A stretch of 64,000 nucleotides of DNA, taken from IMG/VR virus record IMGVR_UViG_3300023174_000034, one strand, 5' to 3'. The DNA comes from a virus (lineage: Duplodnaviria; Heunggongvirae; Uroviricota; Caudoviricetes). The notes below the pieces were generated by a model. The model saw only the letters and a list, made by a program, of their open reading frames with translations, made no database searches and was not told where the DNA came from. Of the stretch, positions 18,301 to 26,363 are shown in pieces. Each line of letters begins with the position of its first letter. The first letter of the stretch is position 1. Position numbers and translations under genes: made by a program.

Positions 18301-19185
18301 ATGCAGAAAACTTATCGTAGCATTTTTATTTCTGACGTACACCTTGGCACTCGAGACTGCAAGGCCGAGGCTCTCAACAATTTCCTTAAACACAATTCAT
18401 GTGAATCGCTTTATCTAGTGGGTGACATCATTGATGCCTGGAAGATACAGCAAAACAAATGGCGGTGGAAACAGAGCCATACCAATGTTGTGCGTAGGGT
18501 GCTAGGTCATGCCAAACGCGGTACTCGAGTTATCTATGTAGCTGGCAACCACGATGAGTTTTTACGCCCAATGATACCATATGGTTTTTCATTTGGCATG
18601 ATAGAGATACACAATCAGATAGAACACATAGGTGCAGACGGTCGGCACTATCTTGTGGTACACGGCGACTTGTTTGACGGTATCACTAGACTGGCCCCTT
18701 GGCTCAGCTTTTTAGGAGACAAAGCATATGATATCATTCTTGCGCTCAATTCAAAATTTAATTGGATCCGTCACAGACTGGGTTTTGGGTACTTTAGTCT
18801 TAGTCGTTATCTTAAGCACCGAGTAAAAAAAGCAGTAGACTTCATATTCAAATTTGAAGAAAATCTAGCAGGCTACTGCAAAAAGCGTGGCTTTGACGGT
18901 GTGATATGTGGACACATACATCATGCTGAGATCAAAGACATCAACGGTATAGTATACATGAACGATGGCGACTGGGTAGAAAGCTGTACAGCACTGGTAG
19001 AGCATCACGATGGTCGTTGGGAGATTGTGACATGGACACAGGAGAAAGACAATGTGGCTGATGATCCTGATAGCAGTACACATCAACGACCCGCAAGATC
19101 AACCCGGAAGAGTAGAAATGCAGTTTCCGGATCAGCCAACATGCCAAGCGGCATTGAGCACAATCAAGTGGCAACTAAAGTTTAA
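18301..19185 (+). CDS. Calcineurin-like metallophosphoesterase of the LpxH (UDP-2,3-diacylglucosamine hydrolase) type.
   Basis: SDVHLG, GDIIDAW (LpxH GDLFEAW), GNHDEFL and HGDLFDG blocks in LpxH order. Confidence 0.55.
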   Translation: MQKTYRSIFISDVHLGTRDCKAEALNNFLKHNSCESLYLVGDIIDAWKIQQNKWRWKQSHTNVVRRVLGHAKRGTRVIYVAGNHDEFLRPMIPYGFSFGMIEIHNQIEHIGADGRHYLVVHGDLFDGITRLAPWLSFLGDKAYDIILALNSKFNWIRHRLGFGYFSLSRYLKHRVKKAVDFIFKFEENLAGYCKKRGFDGVICGHIHHAEIKDINGIVYMNDGDWVESCTALVEHHDGRWEIVTWTQEKDNVADDPDSSTHQRPARSTRKSRNAVSGSANMPSGIEHNQVATKV

Positions 19186-19206
19186 GAGTTTCAAGGTGGT
19201 AGGCGA

Positions 19207-20211
19207 ATGCAAAAAACAATCTTAGTAGTTACTGACAACTTACCGGAGCAGATCAATGGTGTGGTTACGACCTACAAAAATATTGAGGCGTGTGCTGTTC
19301 GTGACGGTTATAACTTTGTGGTGTTGGATCCCGGGCGGTTCAGCTACATTGATTGCCCTGGCTACAACGAAGTCAAGATTGCCTATCCGCGGAACTTGGG
19401 CGAGAAGATTAAGGAGATATCTCCGGATTATATCCACGTCGCCACAGAGGGTCCTCTTGGTCTGTGGGCTAGAGCATATCTTTCACTGGCTGGTATTCGC
19501 CACAATACCGCTTATCATACTAAGTTTCCTGAAGGCCTGAAAAAGTTATTTGGTATTCCAGAATGTATTACCTGGCGTTTTGTACGCTGGTTTCACAAGC
19601 ACTCGGGCAAGGTACTGACCACAACGGACAGCATGGTAACAGAGTTGCAAGCACATGGTTTTGACGGCGAAGTTATTCCCTGGACACGTGGTGTTGACCG
19701 TGACATATTCCATCCAGCACACAGGGTACAAACAACCAGCCGATATCTCTTGTGTGTGAGCAGAGTAAGCAAGGAAAAGAATCTAGAAGCATTCTTTGAA
19801 ATGGACTTTCCTGGCTATCTCAAAATCATGGTAGGCGATGGTCCCATGCTAGAAACATATCGTAAACGCTATCCTGATGTGCATTTCACAGGATTCAAAA
19901 CAGGTGTAGATCTAGCACGTTATTATGCCAACGCAGAAGTGTTTGTGTTTCCCAGTGAATGGGAAACTTTTGGTATTGTGATGATTGAAGCCATGGCCTG
20001 TGGCACACCTGTTGCGGCTTTTCCTGTGCAAGGACCAGAAGATGTGGTTGATGAAGGTGTAACAGGTTGCCTAAATGACAACCTAAAGCAAGCAGTCCGT
20101 GATGCTCTCATGCTGGACCGTAGACTTGTCTGGAACGGCAGTGCTCGATGGTCGTGGGAACGTGCCTGGGATATTTTCCGAAATAATTTGGTCTCAGTAA
20201 CAAAACCGTAA
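19207..20211 (+). CDS. Family GT4 (GT-B fold) glycosyltransferase.
   Basis: EWETFGIVMIEAMACGTPV (E-x7-E motif). Confidence 0.75.
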   Translation: MQKTILVVTDNLPEQINGVVTTYKNIEACAVRDGYNFVVLDPGRFSYIDCPGYNEVKIAYPRNLGEKIKEISPDYIHVATEGPLGLWARAYLSLAGIRHNTAYHTKFPEGLKKLFGIPECITWRFVRWFHKHSGKVLTTTDSMVTELQAHGFDGEVIPWTRGVDRDIFHPAHRVQTTSRYLLCVSRVSKEKNLEAFFEMDFPGYLKIMVGDGPMLETYRKRYPDVHFTGFKTGVDLARYYANAEVFVFPSEWETFGIVMIEAMACGTPVAAFPVQGPEDVVDEGVTGCLNDNLKQAVRDALMLDRRLVWNGSARWSWERAWDIFRNNLVSVTKP

Positions 20212-20280
20212 CACTAGCGGTGTTAAATAATGTAACCGACCACAAGGATTGAGTGGCGCTGGAACTCGTAACCAGCAGGC

Positions 20281-20307
20281 AAGACAACTTCGGTTGTCTT
20301 TCTTTTG
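20281..20307 (+). terminator. Rho-independent terminator (AAGACAACttcgGTTGTCTT + TCTTTTG).
   Basis: 8-bp stem with a UUCG loop, followed by a T-run. Confidence 0.55.
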
Positions 20308-20333
20308 ACTAGTCACTGCACACAATATATAAT
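20305..20333 (+). promoter_or_regulatory. Sigma70-like promoter (TTGACT-N17-TATAAT) overlapping the terminator T-tract.
   Basis: Consensus boxes with 17-nt spacing, upstream of the OMP gene. Confidence 0.5.
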
Positions 20334-20377
20334 TGTGCAAGTGATAATAATCACTGTTTTTTCAAAAAGGAAATTAA

Positions 20378-20824
20378 ATGAAGAAGTTAATTGCAATGGC
20401 CCTAATTTTGGCCGCAGGCGCCGCAAGCGCATTTGAAGTTGGTGTAACAGGCACACGTGACTATTCTGGTACAGACCGCAATGGTGGTGGTATCACCATT
20501 GGTGAAAAAGTCGGTAGCATTGGTGTTACAGCAGGCTTTGAGCGTTTTACATCTGGTTCAAACGACCAAGACCGTTACAGCGTTGTGGCCGGCTATGATG
20601 TTGCCAAATTTGGTCCAGTCACTGTTACTCCAAAAGTTGGCGTAGCATACTTGAACAACCAAACTGGTTCTGATGGTTATGCACTAACTGTTGGTGTTGG
20701 TGCCAGCGTTCCTGTGGCACAGAAGATTAGCCTAGGCCTAGACTATGCACGTCAATATGGTCAAGACCGTGTTAATTCATTCGACGGCAATCGCGTTACT
20801 GTCAGCGCACGTTACGCATTCTAA
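20378..20824 (+). CDS. Small outer-membrane beta-barrel protein (OmpW/Ail/OmpX-like) with a signal peptide.
   Basis: Signal MKKLIAMALILAAGAASA. Alternating hydrophobic strands. C-terminal ARYAF ending in Phe. Confidence 0.5.
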   Translation: MKKLIAMALILAAGAASAFEVGVTGTRDYSGTDRNGGGITIGEKVGSIGVTAGFERFTSGSNDQDRYSVVAGYDVAKFGPVTVTPKVGVAYLNNQTGSDGYALTVGVGASVPVAQKISLGLDYARQYGQDRVNSFDGNRVTVSARYAF

Positions 20825-20845
20825 TCTCAACTTGATTAGTCCAAA

Positions 20846-20870
20846 GGCCCTTGACGGGGCCTTTCTTTTT
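20846..20870 (+). terminator. Rho-independent terminator (GGCCCttgacGGGGCC + TTTCTTTTT).
   Basis: GC stem followed by a T-run. Confidence 0.5.
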
Positions 20871-20879
20871 GTGTATAAT
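20851..20879 (+). promoter_or_regulatory. Sigma70-like promoter (TTGACG-N17-TATAAT) embedded in the terminator.
   Basis: The -35 box lies in the hairpin loop. The -10 box is 17 nt downstream. Precedes rubrerythrin. Confidence 0.45.
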
Positions 20880-20902
20880 ATCTACTATCGAAGGAGAATC
20901 AA

Positions 20903-21367
20903 ATGCCATTAGAAAAATCATCAATCACATTGGAAAACCTTGCCAGTGCCCTGGCCGGTGAAAGCCAAGCACACATCAAGTATCGCTACTTTGCAAAAAT
21001 TGCCAGAGAAGAAGGCCACGAAGAAGTAGCCCAGCACTTTGAGCACACCGCAGATCAAGAACTGTTACATGCCTGGGGACATTTGGAATTGCTAGTTGGC
21101 AAGCCAGATACTCGCAAGTGCCTGGAAATGGCCATTGAAGGTGAGACATATGAGTTCACCACTATGTATCCAGGATTTGAACAGCAGGCACGTGCCGAAA
21201 ACGATCGTACTGCACAGTATGAGTTTCGCAATCAGATTGTTGAAAGCACAGAACATGCTGAACAGTTCAAGTCAGTGCTGGCCAAAGCTGAAAAGCGTTT
21301 TGCCGCACTCAAGCGAGTTGAACAGCGTCATGCCAACGCATACACACAAGTATTGGAGAGTCTATAA
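20903..21367 (+). CDS. Rubrerythrin-like ferritin-fold diiron protein without a fused rubredoxin domain.
   Basis: ExxH-type motifs (GESQAHIKY, ELLHAWGH, EGETYEF, EHAEQF). Confidence 0.6.
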   Translation: MPLEKSSITLENLASALAGESQAHIKYRYFAKIAREEGHEEVAQHFEHTADQELLHAWGHLELLVGKPDTRKCLEMAIEGETYEFTTMYPGFEQQARAENDRTAQYEFRNQIVESTEHAEQFKSVLAKAEKRFAALKRVEQRHANAYTQVLESL

Positions 21368-21501
21368 TGCCTGAAACACACGTATGCGTGGTATGTGGCC
21401 ACGAACATGATGAAGCACTAGAAGGTGCATGGAACGATCTGCCCGAGGACTTTGTTTGCCCTGAGTGCGGTTGTGGCAAAGAAGACTACGAGGCACTATA
21501 A
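21367..21501 (+). CDS. Rubredoxin (44 aa).
   Basis: VCVVCGHEHDE...FVCPECGC gives two CxxC knuckles. TAATG overlap with rubrerythrin. Absent from the ORF track because it is under 60 aa. Confidence 0.7.
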   Translation: MPETHVCVVCGHEHDEALEGAWNDLPEDFVCPECGCGKEDYEAL

Positions 21502-21920
21502 TGTTAGAATGCTTGATACTTGGAGATTCAATAGCAGTAGGCACATCACAGGCTAGACCTGAGTGTGTGAGTTATAGCAAAGGCGGATGGAATAGCTGGC
21601 AATGGAATAAAGACTATCTTGTCAAAGCATCAACTCAATTAGCTAAAACTGTGATTATCAGCCTCGGCGCCAATGACCATAAGGGTGTAAAGACTGAGCA
21701 AGAACTACGTAAGATGCGCGAAGCTATCAATGGCGATCGTGTGTACTGGATTGATCCGGGACAGGATCGTAAACCTATTCCACACGATGCAATCGTTCGT
21801 ATTGCTAAAGAGTACGGGGATACAATCATTGCTCGACCTAAAAATCACATGAGTGCTGACGGTGTACATCCTACCGGTACCGGATACAAAATGATTGCTG
21901 AGCAAACAAAAGGCAAGTGA
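21501..21920 (+). CDS. SGNH/GDSL-family hydrolase.
   Basis: Block I LILGDSIAVG, GANDH, block V DGVHPTGTGY. Confidence 0.55.
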   Translation: MLECLILGDSIAVGTSQARPECVSYSKGGWNSWQWNKDYLVKASTQLAKTVIISLGANDHKGVKTEQELRKMREAINGDRVYWIDPGQDRKPIPHDAIVRIAKEYGDTIIARPKNHMSADGVHPTGTGYKMIAEQTKGK

Positions 21921-22141
21921 TGCAAATGAGAGTAAAAGAAAACCCCAGTGATGTTGGCCGTTGTGGCTGTGGTCGTAGCCCAAGTGGCTACTGCTGTGGG
22001 TGGCATGGCCTTACAGAAGCAGAATACAAAAACGAACTTGCGTTGTATGAATACAAGAAGCAAGCACAAGCATTATGGAATGACAGTTGCACCAGCCCAA
22101 GGGCAGAACCACCTGTTGAGAGTGAAGGCGGAGAAATCTAA
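21917..22141 (+). CDS. Small Cys-rich protein (RCGCGRSPSGYCCGWHG).
   Basis: ORF coupled to the previous gene by an ATGA overlap. Confidence 0.4.
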   Translation: MMQMRVKENPSDVGRCGCGRSPSGYCCGWHGLTEAEYKNELALYEYKKQAQALWNDSCTSPRAEPPVESEGGEI

Positions 22142-22371
22142 TGCCATACAATTTCAAGATAGCAATGAACGCAACCATTAGTCCTGTAGTAGTTGAAGAA
22201 ATGATTCGTGCCGCAGTCGAGAATCAAACAGGTAAAAAGATTACCAAAGTTGAAATCCAAATGGACGATGATGGCAAATTTGCTGGCTATGCTGTGAACT
22301 TTGATGAGGTCAGCGCCAAGCACGTCATTGCCGGAATCCCTGACAGGACCTTTGTTCCGGACACCTACTAA
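22141..22371 (+). CDS. Hypothetical small protein.
   Basis: Coupled ORF (ATGA overlap). Confidence 0.4.
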   Translation: MPYNFKIAMNATISPVVVEEMIRAAVENQTGKKITKVEIQMDDDGKFAGYAVNFDEVSAKHVIAGIPDRTFVPDTY

Positions 22372-22483
22372 TGGTTATTACTAACACAGAATCATGAAAT
22401 TCAGTATGTGATTTTTCCATTTTTACCTGTACACTAGGCATACATACATTAGACATCACGGTATGTTCAACTAGGAGAAAATT

Positions 22484-22558
22484 ATGAAATGGTCTACACC
22501 AACTGCAAGCGACATGCGTTTCGGGTTCGAAATCACTATGTACATTGCAAATCGTTAA
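22484..22558 (+). CDS. pqqA: PqqA-like precursor peptide (24 aa: MKWSTPTASDMRFGFEITMYIANR).
   Basis: AGGAG RBS 7 nt upstream. Matches the PqqA family pattern W-x-x-P...D-[LM]-R-x-G-F-E-[VI]-T-[LM]-Y-x-[AS]-N-R with the Glu-x3-Tyr crosslink pair. Terminator follows. Confidence 0.5.
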   Translation: MKWSTPTASDMRFGFEITMYIANR

Positions 22559-22583
22559 TCAGTTAACAAAAGTACTACCAGGA

Positions 22584-22611
22584 AAACCCTTGTTGATCAA
22601 GGGTTTTTTTG
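22584..22611 (+). terminator. Rho-independent terminator (AAACCCTTGttgatCAAGGGTTT + TTTTT), cassette copy 3.
   Basis: Same stem family as the hairpins at 8093 and 12906. Confidence 0.6.
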
Positions 22612-22624
22612 TGGCCTAAAACGG

Positions 22625-22653
22625 TTGACCAAGAATGCCCATTTTGCTATAAT
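22625..22653 (+). promoter_or_regulatory. Sigma70-like promoter, family copy 6 (TTGACC-N17-TATAAT).
   Basis: Conserved AAAACGGTTGACCAAGAATGCCCATTTTGCTATAAT. Confidence 0.6.
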
Positions 22654-22682
22654 AGCGACATGTTCAATAAAAAGGTGTTGAC

Positions 22683-23132
22683 ATGACCCTGCTTGTTTTT
22701 CTTGTTGCATTTGCAATCTTTTGCGTTCGCAGTAATTCGGGCTATTGGCTACTGGTACTGCCCGGCACGATTGTACACGAAAGTCTACATTATTTCACAG
22801 GCAAACTTTTGTTTGCAGGTCCGCAGACTTTTAACATTGTGCCACAACATCACGAGAACGGCACCTGCTACGGCTCTGTGGACTTTGACAATTTGAATGA
22901 GTTCAATGCGCCGCCCACTGCACTTGCACCCTTGCTAGGTGTGCCTTTGGTTTACTATGTGTGGCCCTACTTGCAAACAACACAAAATGGCTGGGCTCAG
23001 ATTGCTATCATTTGGGCCTTGGCCGCGATTGTTGCACAAAGCTGGCCTAGCTCAACTGACTGGGCTGTGGCACTAAAGCATCCGTTGGGACTAGTACTTT
23101 GGACTGTCTTTATCGGCTGGATTTTGTTGTGA
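22683..23132 (+). CDS. Small membrane protein with an HExxH motif (GTIVHESLHYFTG), a possible minimal zinc peptidase.
   Basis: 149 aa. Hydrophobic N- and C-terminal segments. Confidence 0.45.
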   Translation: MTLLVFLVAFAIFCVRSNSGYWLLVLPGTIVHESLHYFTGKLLFAGPQTFNIVPQHHENGTCYGSVDFDNLNEFNAPPTALAPLLGVPLVYYVWPYLQTTQNGWAQIAIIWALAAIVAQSWPSSTDWAVALKHPLGLVLWTVFIGWILL

Positions 23133-23152
23133 AAATACAACAAATAAAACGG

Positions 23153-23181
23153 TTGACCATAAATGCCCGTTTTGCTATACT
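23153..23181 (+). promoter_or_regulatory. Sigma70-like promoter, family copy 7 (TTGACC-N17-TATACT).
   Basis: Conserved context. AAGGAG and ATG at 23212. Confidence 0.6.
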
Positions 23182-23211
23182 ATAGGCTAAGTTAAACAAA
23201 AGGAGCTGAAA

Positions 23212-23538
23212 ATGATCGCACTAGACAACCTTGAATCTATTTGCAATACTGCTAAATCTGCCGCAGAACGTGCAGAAGCAGAATTCCGTGCCAAGCACGG
23301 TGAACCTGGTTACTGTGGCTTTGCGTGGGTGCATGTGAGCGAAAAGGCCAGCACCAAGCTGGGTCGTGCGCTGAAGAATGTGGGTTTCCGCAAAGAGTAC
23401 GGTGGCGGCTTGAGCTTGTGGAATCCCGGTGGTAGCTTCACGCAAAGCATGGACATCAAAGAAGCAGGCGCACAAGCCTACGCTGATGTACTTCGCCAAC
23501 ATGGCATTGATGCGTACATGAGCTCACGTGCAGACTAA
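23212..23538 (+). CDS. Hypothetical protein (108 aa).
   Basis: Promoter/RBS-driven ORF. Confidence 0.5.
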   Translation: MIALDNLESICNTAKSAAERAEAEFRAKHGEPGYCGFAWVHVSEKASTKLGRALKNVGFRKEYGGGLSLWNPGGSFTQSMDIKEAGAQAYADVLRQHGIDAYMSSRAD

Positions 23539-23547
23539 GGAACAACT

Positions 23548-23922
23548 GTGAAAGCATTTTTAGAAACTACTGTGTGGGAAGGTGCCGAAGGCAAAAACTA
23601 CAATCATGTGTACTGGCTGAACAACAGCAAGGAAAAGATGTATGCCTATGCCAAGTTCGGCAACCCAGCAGAAGTTACTACGTTCAAGACTCCGATCCAG
23701 ATTGACACCCGTGGACGCAAGTTTGAAGTGGTACGCAATGACATCTATGGTTGGGTTGATGAGGACGAGGCAGTGATTTCAGCAAACCCAACCTGGACAA
23801 TTACGGGCAGTAAGGGCGACAAGTATGTTGTAGAAAAAGATGGTTCAGTGTATAATTGCACTTGTTCAGGTTTCAAATTCCGCGGTGATTGCCGCCATAT
23901 CCAAGAGGTACAAAATGCTTAA
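23548..23922 (+). CDS. SWIM zinc-finger protein.
   Basis: CTCSGFKFRGDCRHIQ gives a CxC...CxH signature. Apparent GTG start. Confidence 0.5.
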   Translation: MKAFLETTVWEGAEGKNYNHVYWLNNSKEKMYAYAKFGNPAEVTTFKTPIQIDTRGRKFEVVRNDIYGWVDEDEAVISANPTWTITGSKGDKYVVEKDGSVYNCTCSGFKFRGDCRHIQEVQNA

Positions 23923-25222
23923 ACCATGGGAAGTGATTGCAGAGCTGGAAGGTGACAACAGCCGCTTGATCAAAGAAGCAGTGATACGCCGTGAAAGTGA
24001 AAACAGCAACGACGAACTGTTCCGTGGCTTCCGTGCCGCATATGATGCCATGATCACCTTTGGTGTCAAAAAGGTAGAGCCCAAGACAGGCAACGGCAAA
24101 GGACTCAAAGCAGAACGTTTCTGGCGTGTGGCTCAGGAATTGAGTGAGCGCCGATTGACTGGCAATGCCGCACAGACTGAAATCAATGCCATGCGACAAG
24201 ATGCCACACAAGCAGAATGGAACGACTGGTATCGACGCATCCTGATCAAGGACATGCGCTGTGGTACCAGCGACAGCACCATCAACAAACATGCACAAGA
24301 AAAATATCATGTGCCTGTGTTTTCCTGTCAGCTGGCACACGACGGCGCCAATCACGAAAGCAAGGTGTCGGGCGAAAAACTGATTGAAGTCAAGCTGGAT
24401 GGTGTGCGTGTGATTACCATTGTGTATCCAAATGGACAAGTGGATCAGTACAGCCGCAATGGCAAAGAGCTGGCGAACTTTCCGCATGTGAAAGAACAAT
24501 TGAGCAAGCATGCCGCGCTGTTTGCAGAACCCATGGTACTGGATGGTGAGATCATGAGTAGCAGTTTCCAAGACTTAATGAAGCAAGTGCATCGCAAGAG
24601 TGATGTCAAAGCCAATGATGCCATGCTCAACCTGTTTGACATGATCACGCTTCGTGAGTTTCAAGCAGGTGCAGGCACTCAGCGGCAGATTGATCGTAGT
24701 ACTACTCTTAAGGCCTGGTATGACAGCATTGAAGCACACATGCCAGATGTCACTGTGGTAGGACAAGAGCTGGTGGACCTGGGTACTGCAAAAGGTGCCG
24801 CACGTTTTGCAAAGATCAACACAGATGCAGTGGCACATGGCTACGAAGGCATCATGATCAAAGATCCTGAAGCTGTGTACGAAACCAAGCGAAGTGTGGC
24901 CTGGCTCAAGCAAAAGCCCTTTATCGAAGTGAGCTTGACTGTGGTAGGCTTTGAAGAAGGCACAGGCAAGAACGCAGGCCGCCTGGGTGCCTTGATCGTG
25001 GAAGGTGTGGATGACGGCAAGACTATCCGTACCAATGTGGGCTCAGGACTCACTGATGCCTTGCGTGAAGCTATCTGGAGCAGTCAGTCCAAGGTGCTGG
25101 GTAGCGTGGTTGAAGTGCGAGCAGATGCCGCAACACAGAACCAAGACTCGGATGGTGAATGGAGCCTGCGCTTTCCACGATTCAAGGGTTTCCGTGGATT
25201 TGCAGTAGGAGAGAAACTGTGA
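23915..25222 (+). CDS. ATP-dependent DNA ligase.
   Basis: Adenylation motif I KLDG (LIEVKLDGVRVI). Nucleotidyltransferase and OB regions of appropriate length. Confidence 0.75.
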   Translation: MLKPWEVIAELEGDNSRLIKEAVIRRESENSNDELFRGFRAAYDAMITFGVKKVEPKTGNGKGLKAERFWRVAQELSERRLTGNAAQTEINAMRQDATQAEWNDWYRRILIKDMRCGTSDSTINKHAQEKYHVPVFSCQLAHDGANHESKVSGEKLIEVKLDGVRVITIVYPNGQVDQYSRNGKELANFPHVKEQLSKHAALFAEPMVLDGEIMSSSFQDLMKQVHRKSDVKANDAMLNLFDMITLREFQAGAGTQRQIDRSTTLKAWYDSIEAHMPDVTVVGQELVDLGTAKGAARFAKINTDAVAHGYEGIMIKDPEAVYETKRSVAWLKQKPFIEVSLTVVGFEEGTGKNAGRLGALIVEGVDDGKTIRTNVGSGLTDALREAIWSSQSKVLGSVVEVRADAATQNQDSDGEWSLRFPRFKGFRGFAVGEKL

Positions 25223-25383
25223 CAGTTGAACGCACAGAAATAGACTGCCCACGATGTGGTGGTGGCTGGTACATGGACCTAGACGAAAGTGGTTGTCCAT
25301 ACACCTGCTACCATTGTTGCAACGGTACCGTGAAATGTTACGAAGATGAGCTAGAGAATGAACATGAACAAGACAACAAATGA
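25219..25383 (+). CDS. Small zinc-ribbon protein (CPRCGG...CYHCCNG).
   Basis: GTGA overlap with the ligase stop. Confidence 0.35.
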   Translation: MTVERTEIDCPRCGGGWYMDLDESGCPYTCYHCCNGTVKCYEDELENEHEQDNK

Positions 25384-25645
25384 AGTGATGGACATCCTGC
25401 AGGAAGAGTGTGCAGAAGTGATCCAAGCAGTGAGCAAGATCCGGCGCTTTGGTATCGATAATCACAAGCCCGGTCGGATGAATCCCAAGACCAACAGAGA
25501 GCACCTGGAAGAAGAACTGGGTGATTTGTATGCCATGATTGATATCCTGCAGGAACTGGATATTGTGAGCTGGGCTGGTATTGAAAAGGCCGCAGAAGCC
25601 AAACGTGAGAAACTAAAGACCTGGAGTACTATATTTCATGTCTAG
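25358..25645 (+). CDS. mazG: MazG-like nucleotide pyrophosphohydrolase domain protein.
   Basis: Two EExxE-type helices (LQEECAEVIQAV and EEELGDLYAMIDILQEL). Confidence 0.55.
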   Translation: MNMNKTTNEVMDILQEECAEVIQAVSKIRRFGIDNHKPGRMNPKTNREHLEEELGDLYAMIDILQELDIVSWAGIEKAAEAKREKLKTWSTIFHV

Positions 25646-26363
25646 GATTGTAGTGTGTGGAGACAGCTTCAACACCTACGACACCAGATACCCAGGCCTG
25701 CACTGGGCAGATCAATTGGCGCCACATGAAGTTTATAGACTGGCTCGTGCCGGCGCCAGTAACTTTTCAATCTGGCATCAGGTCGTGCAAAGCAAAAAGT
25801 TCAATCCCGATGTGGTGTTGGTGTCATTTACCAGCTGTCCCAGGGTAGAATTTGCCATTGCAGAGCCAGACTTTTTTAGTGATATTCTTGTGCCGTGGGT
25901 GCAAAGCACAGGGCGTGTGGTGTGGAATAACATTGTTAACATCAAGTATGTGGAAAAGCCCACAGCAAACCTACGCGAACTTGAAGCCAAGCTAAGGAAG
26001 AAAATGGAAGAGTCAATCGACCATGCCATTCCAGCTGGTTACAAGACTGAAGTGTTCAATGACTGGGCACGTAAGTTTTACATAGAACCATTTGAAGTAC
26101 TTAAAAACTATCTGTACATCAAGGCCACCTTGGATTATTTGGAACAAGCCGGCATCCGGTACTATGCAACTCTTGGCGGGTACACAGACTTTGTTGGAAC
26201 TGCAACTCAAGAGATCTGCATCGAATTTGAAAAATATGCAAGTGTGCTAAAACTGCCAAACGGTTGGGACCACGAACAGAAACTTGCTGATCCTTATTTC
26301 CATATTGAAGATCCTGTATACCACAAGAACCATGCAGATCTTGTGCTAAAGCTATTGTCATGA
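25638..26363 (+). CDS. Possible second SGNH-type hydrolase.
   Basis: N-terminal VVCGDSF (GDS block). Confidence 0.4.
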   Translation: MSRIVVCGDSFNTYDTRYPGLHWADQLAPHEVYRLARAGASNFSIWHQVVQSKKFNPDVVLVSFTSCPRVEFAIAEPDFFSDILVPWVQSTGRVVWNNIVNIKYVEKPTANLRELEAKLRKKMEESIDHAIPAGYKTEVFNDWARKFYIEPFEVLKNYLYIKATLDYLEQAGIRYYATLGGYTDFVGTATQEICIEFEKYASVLKLPNGWDHEQKLADPYFHIEDPVYHKNHADLVLKLLS

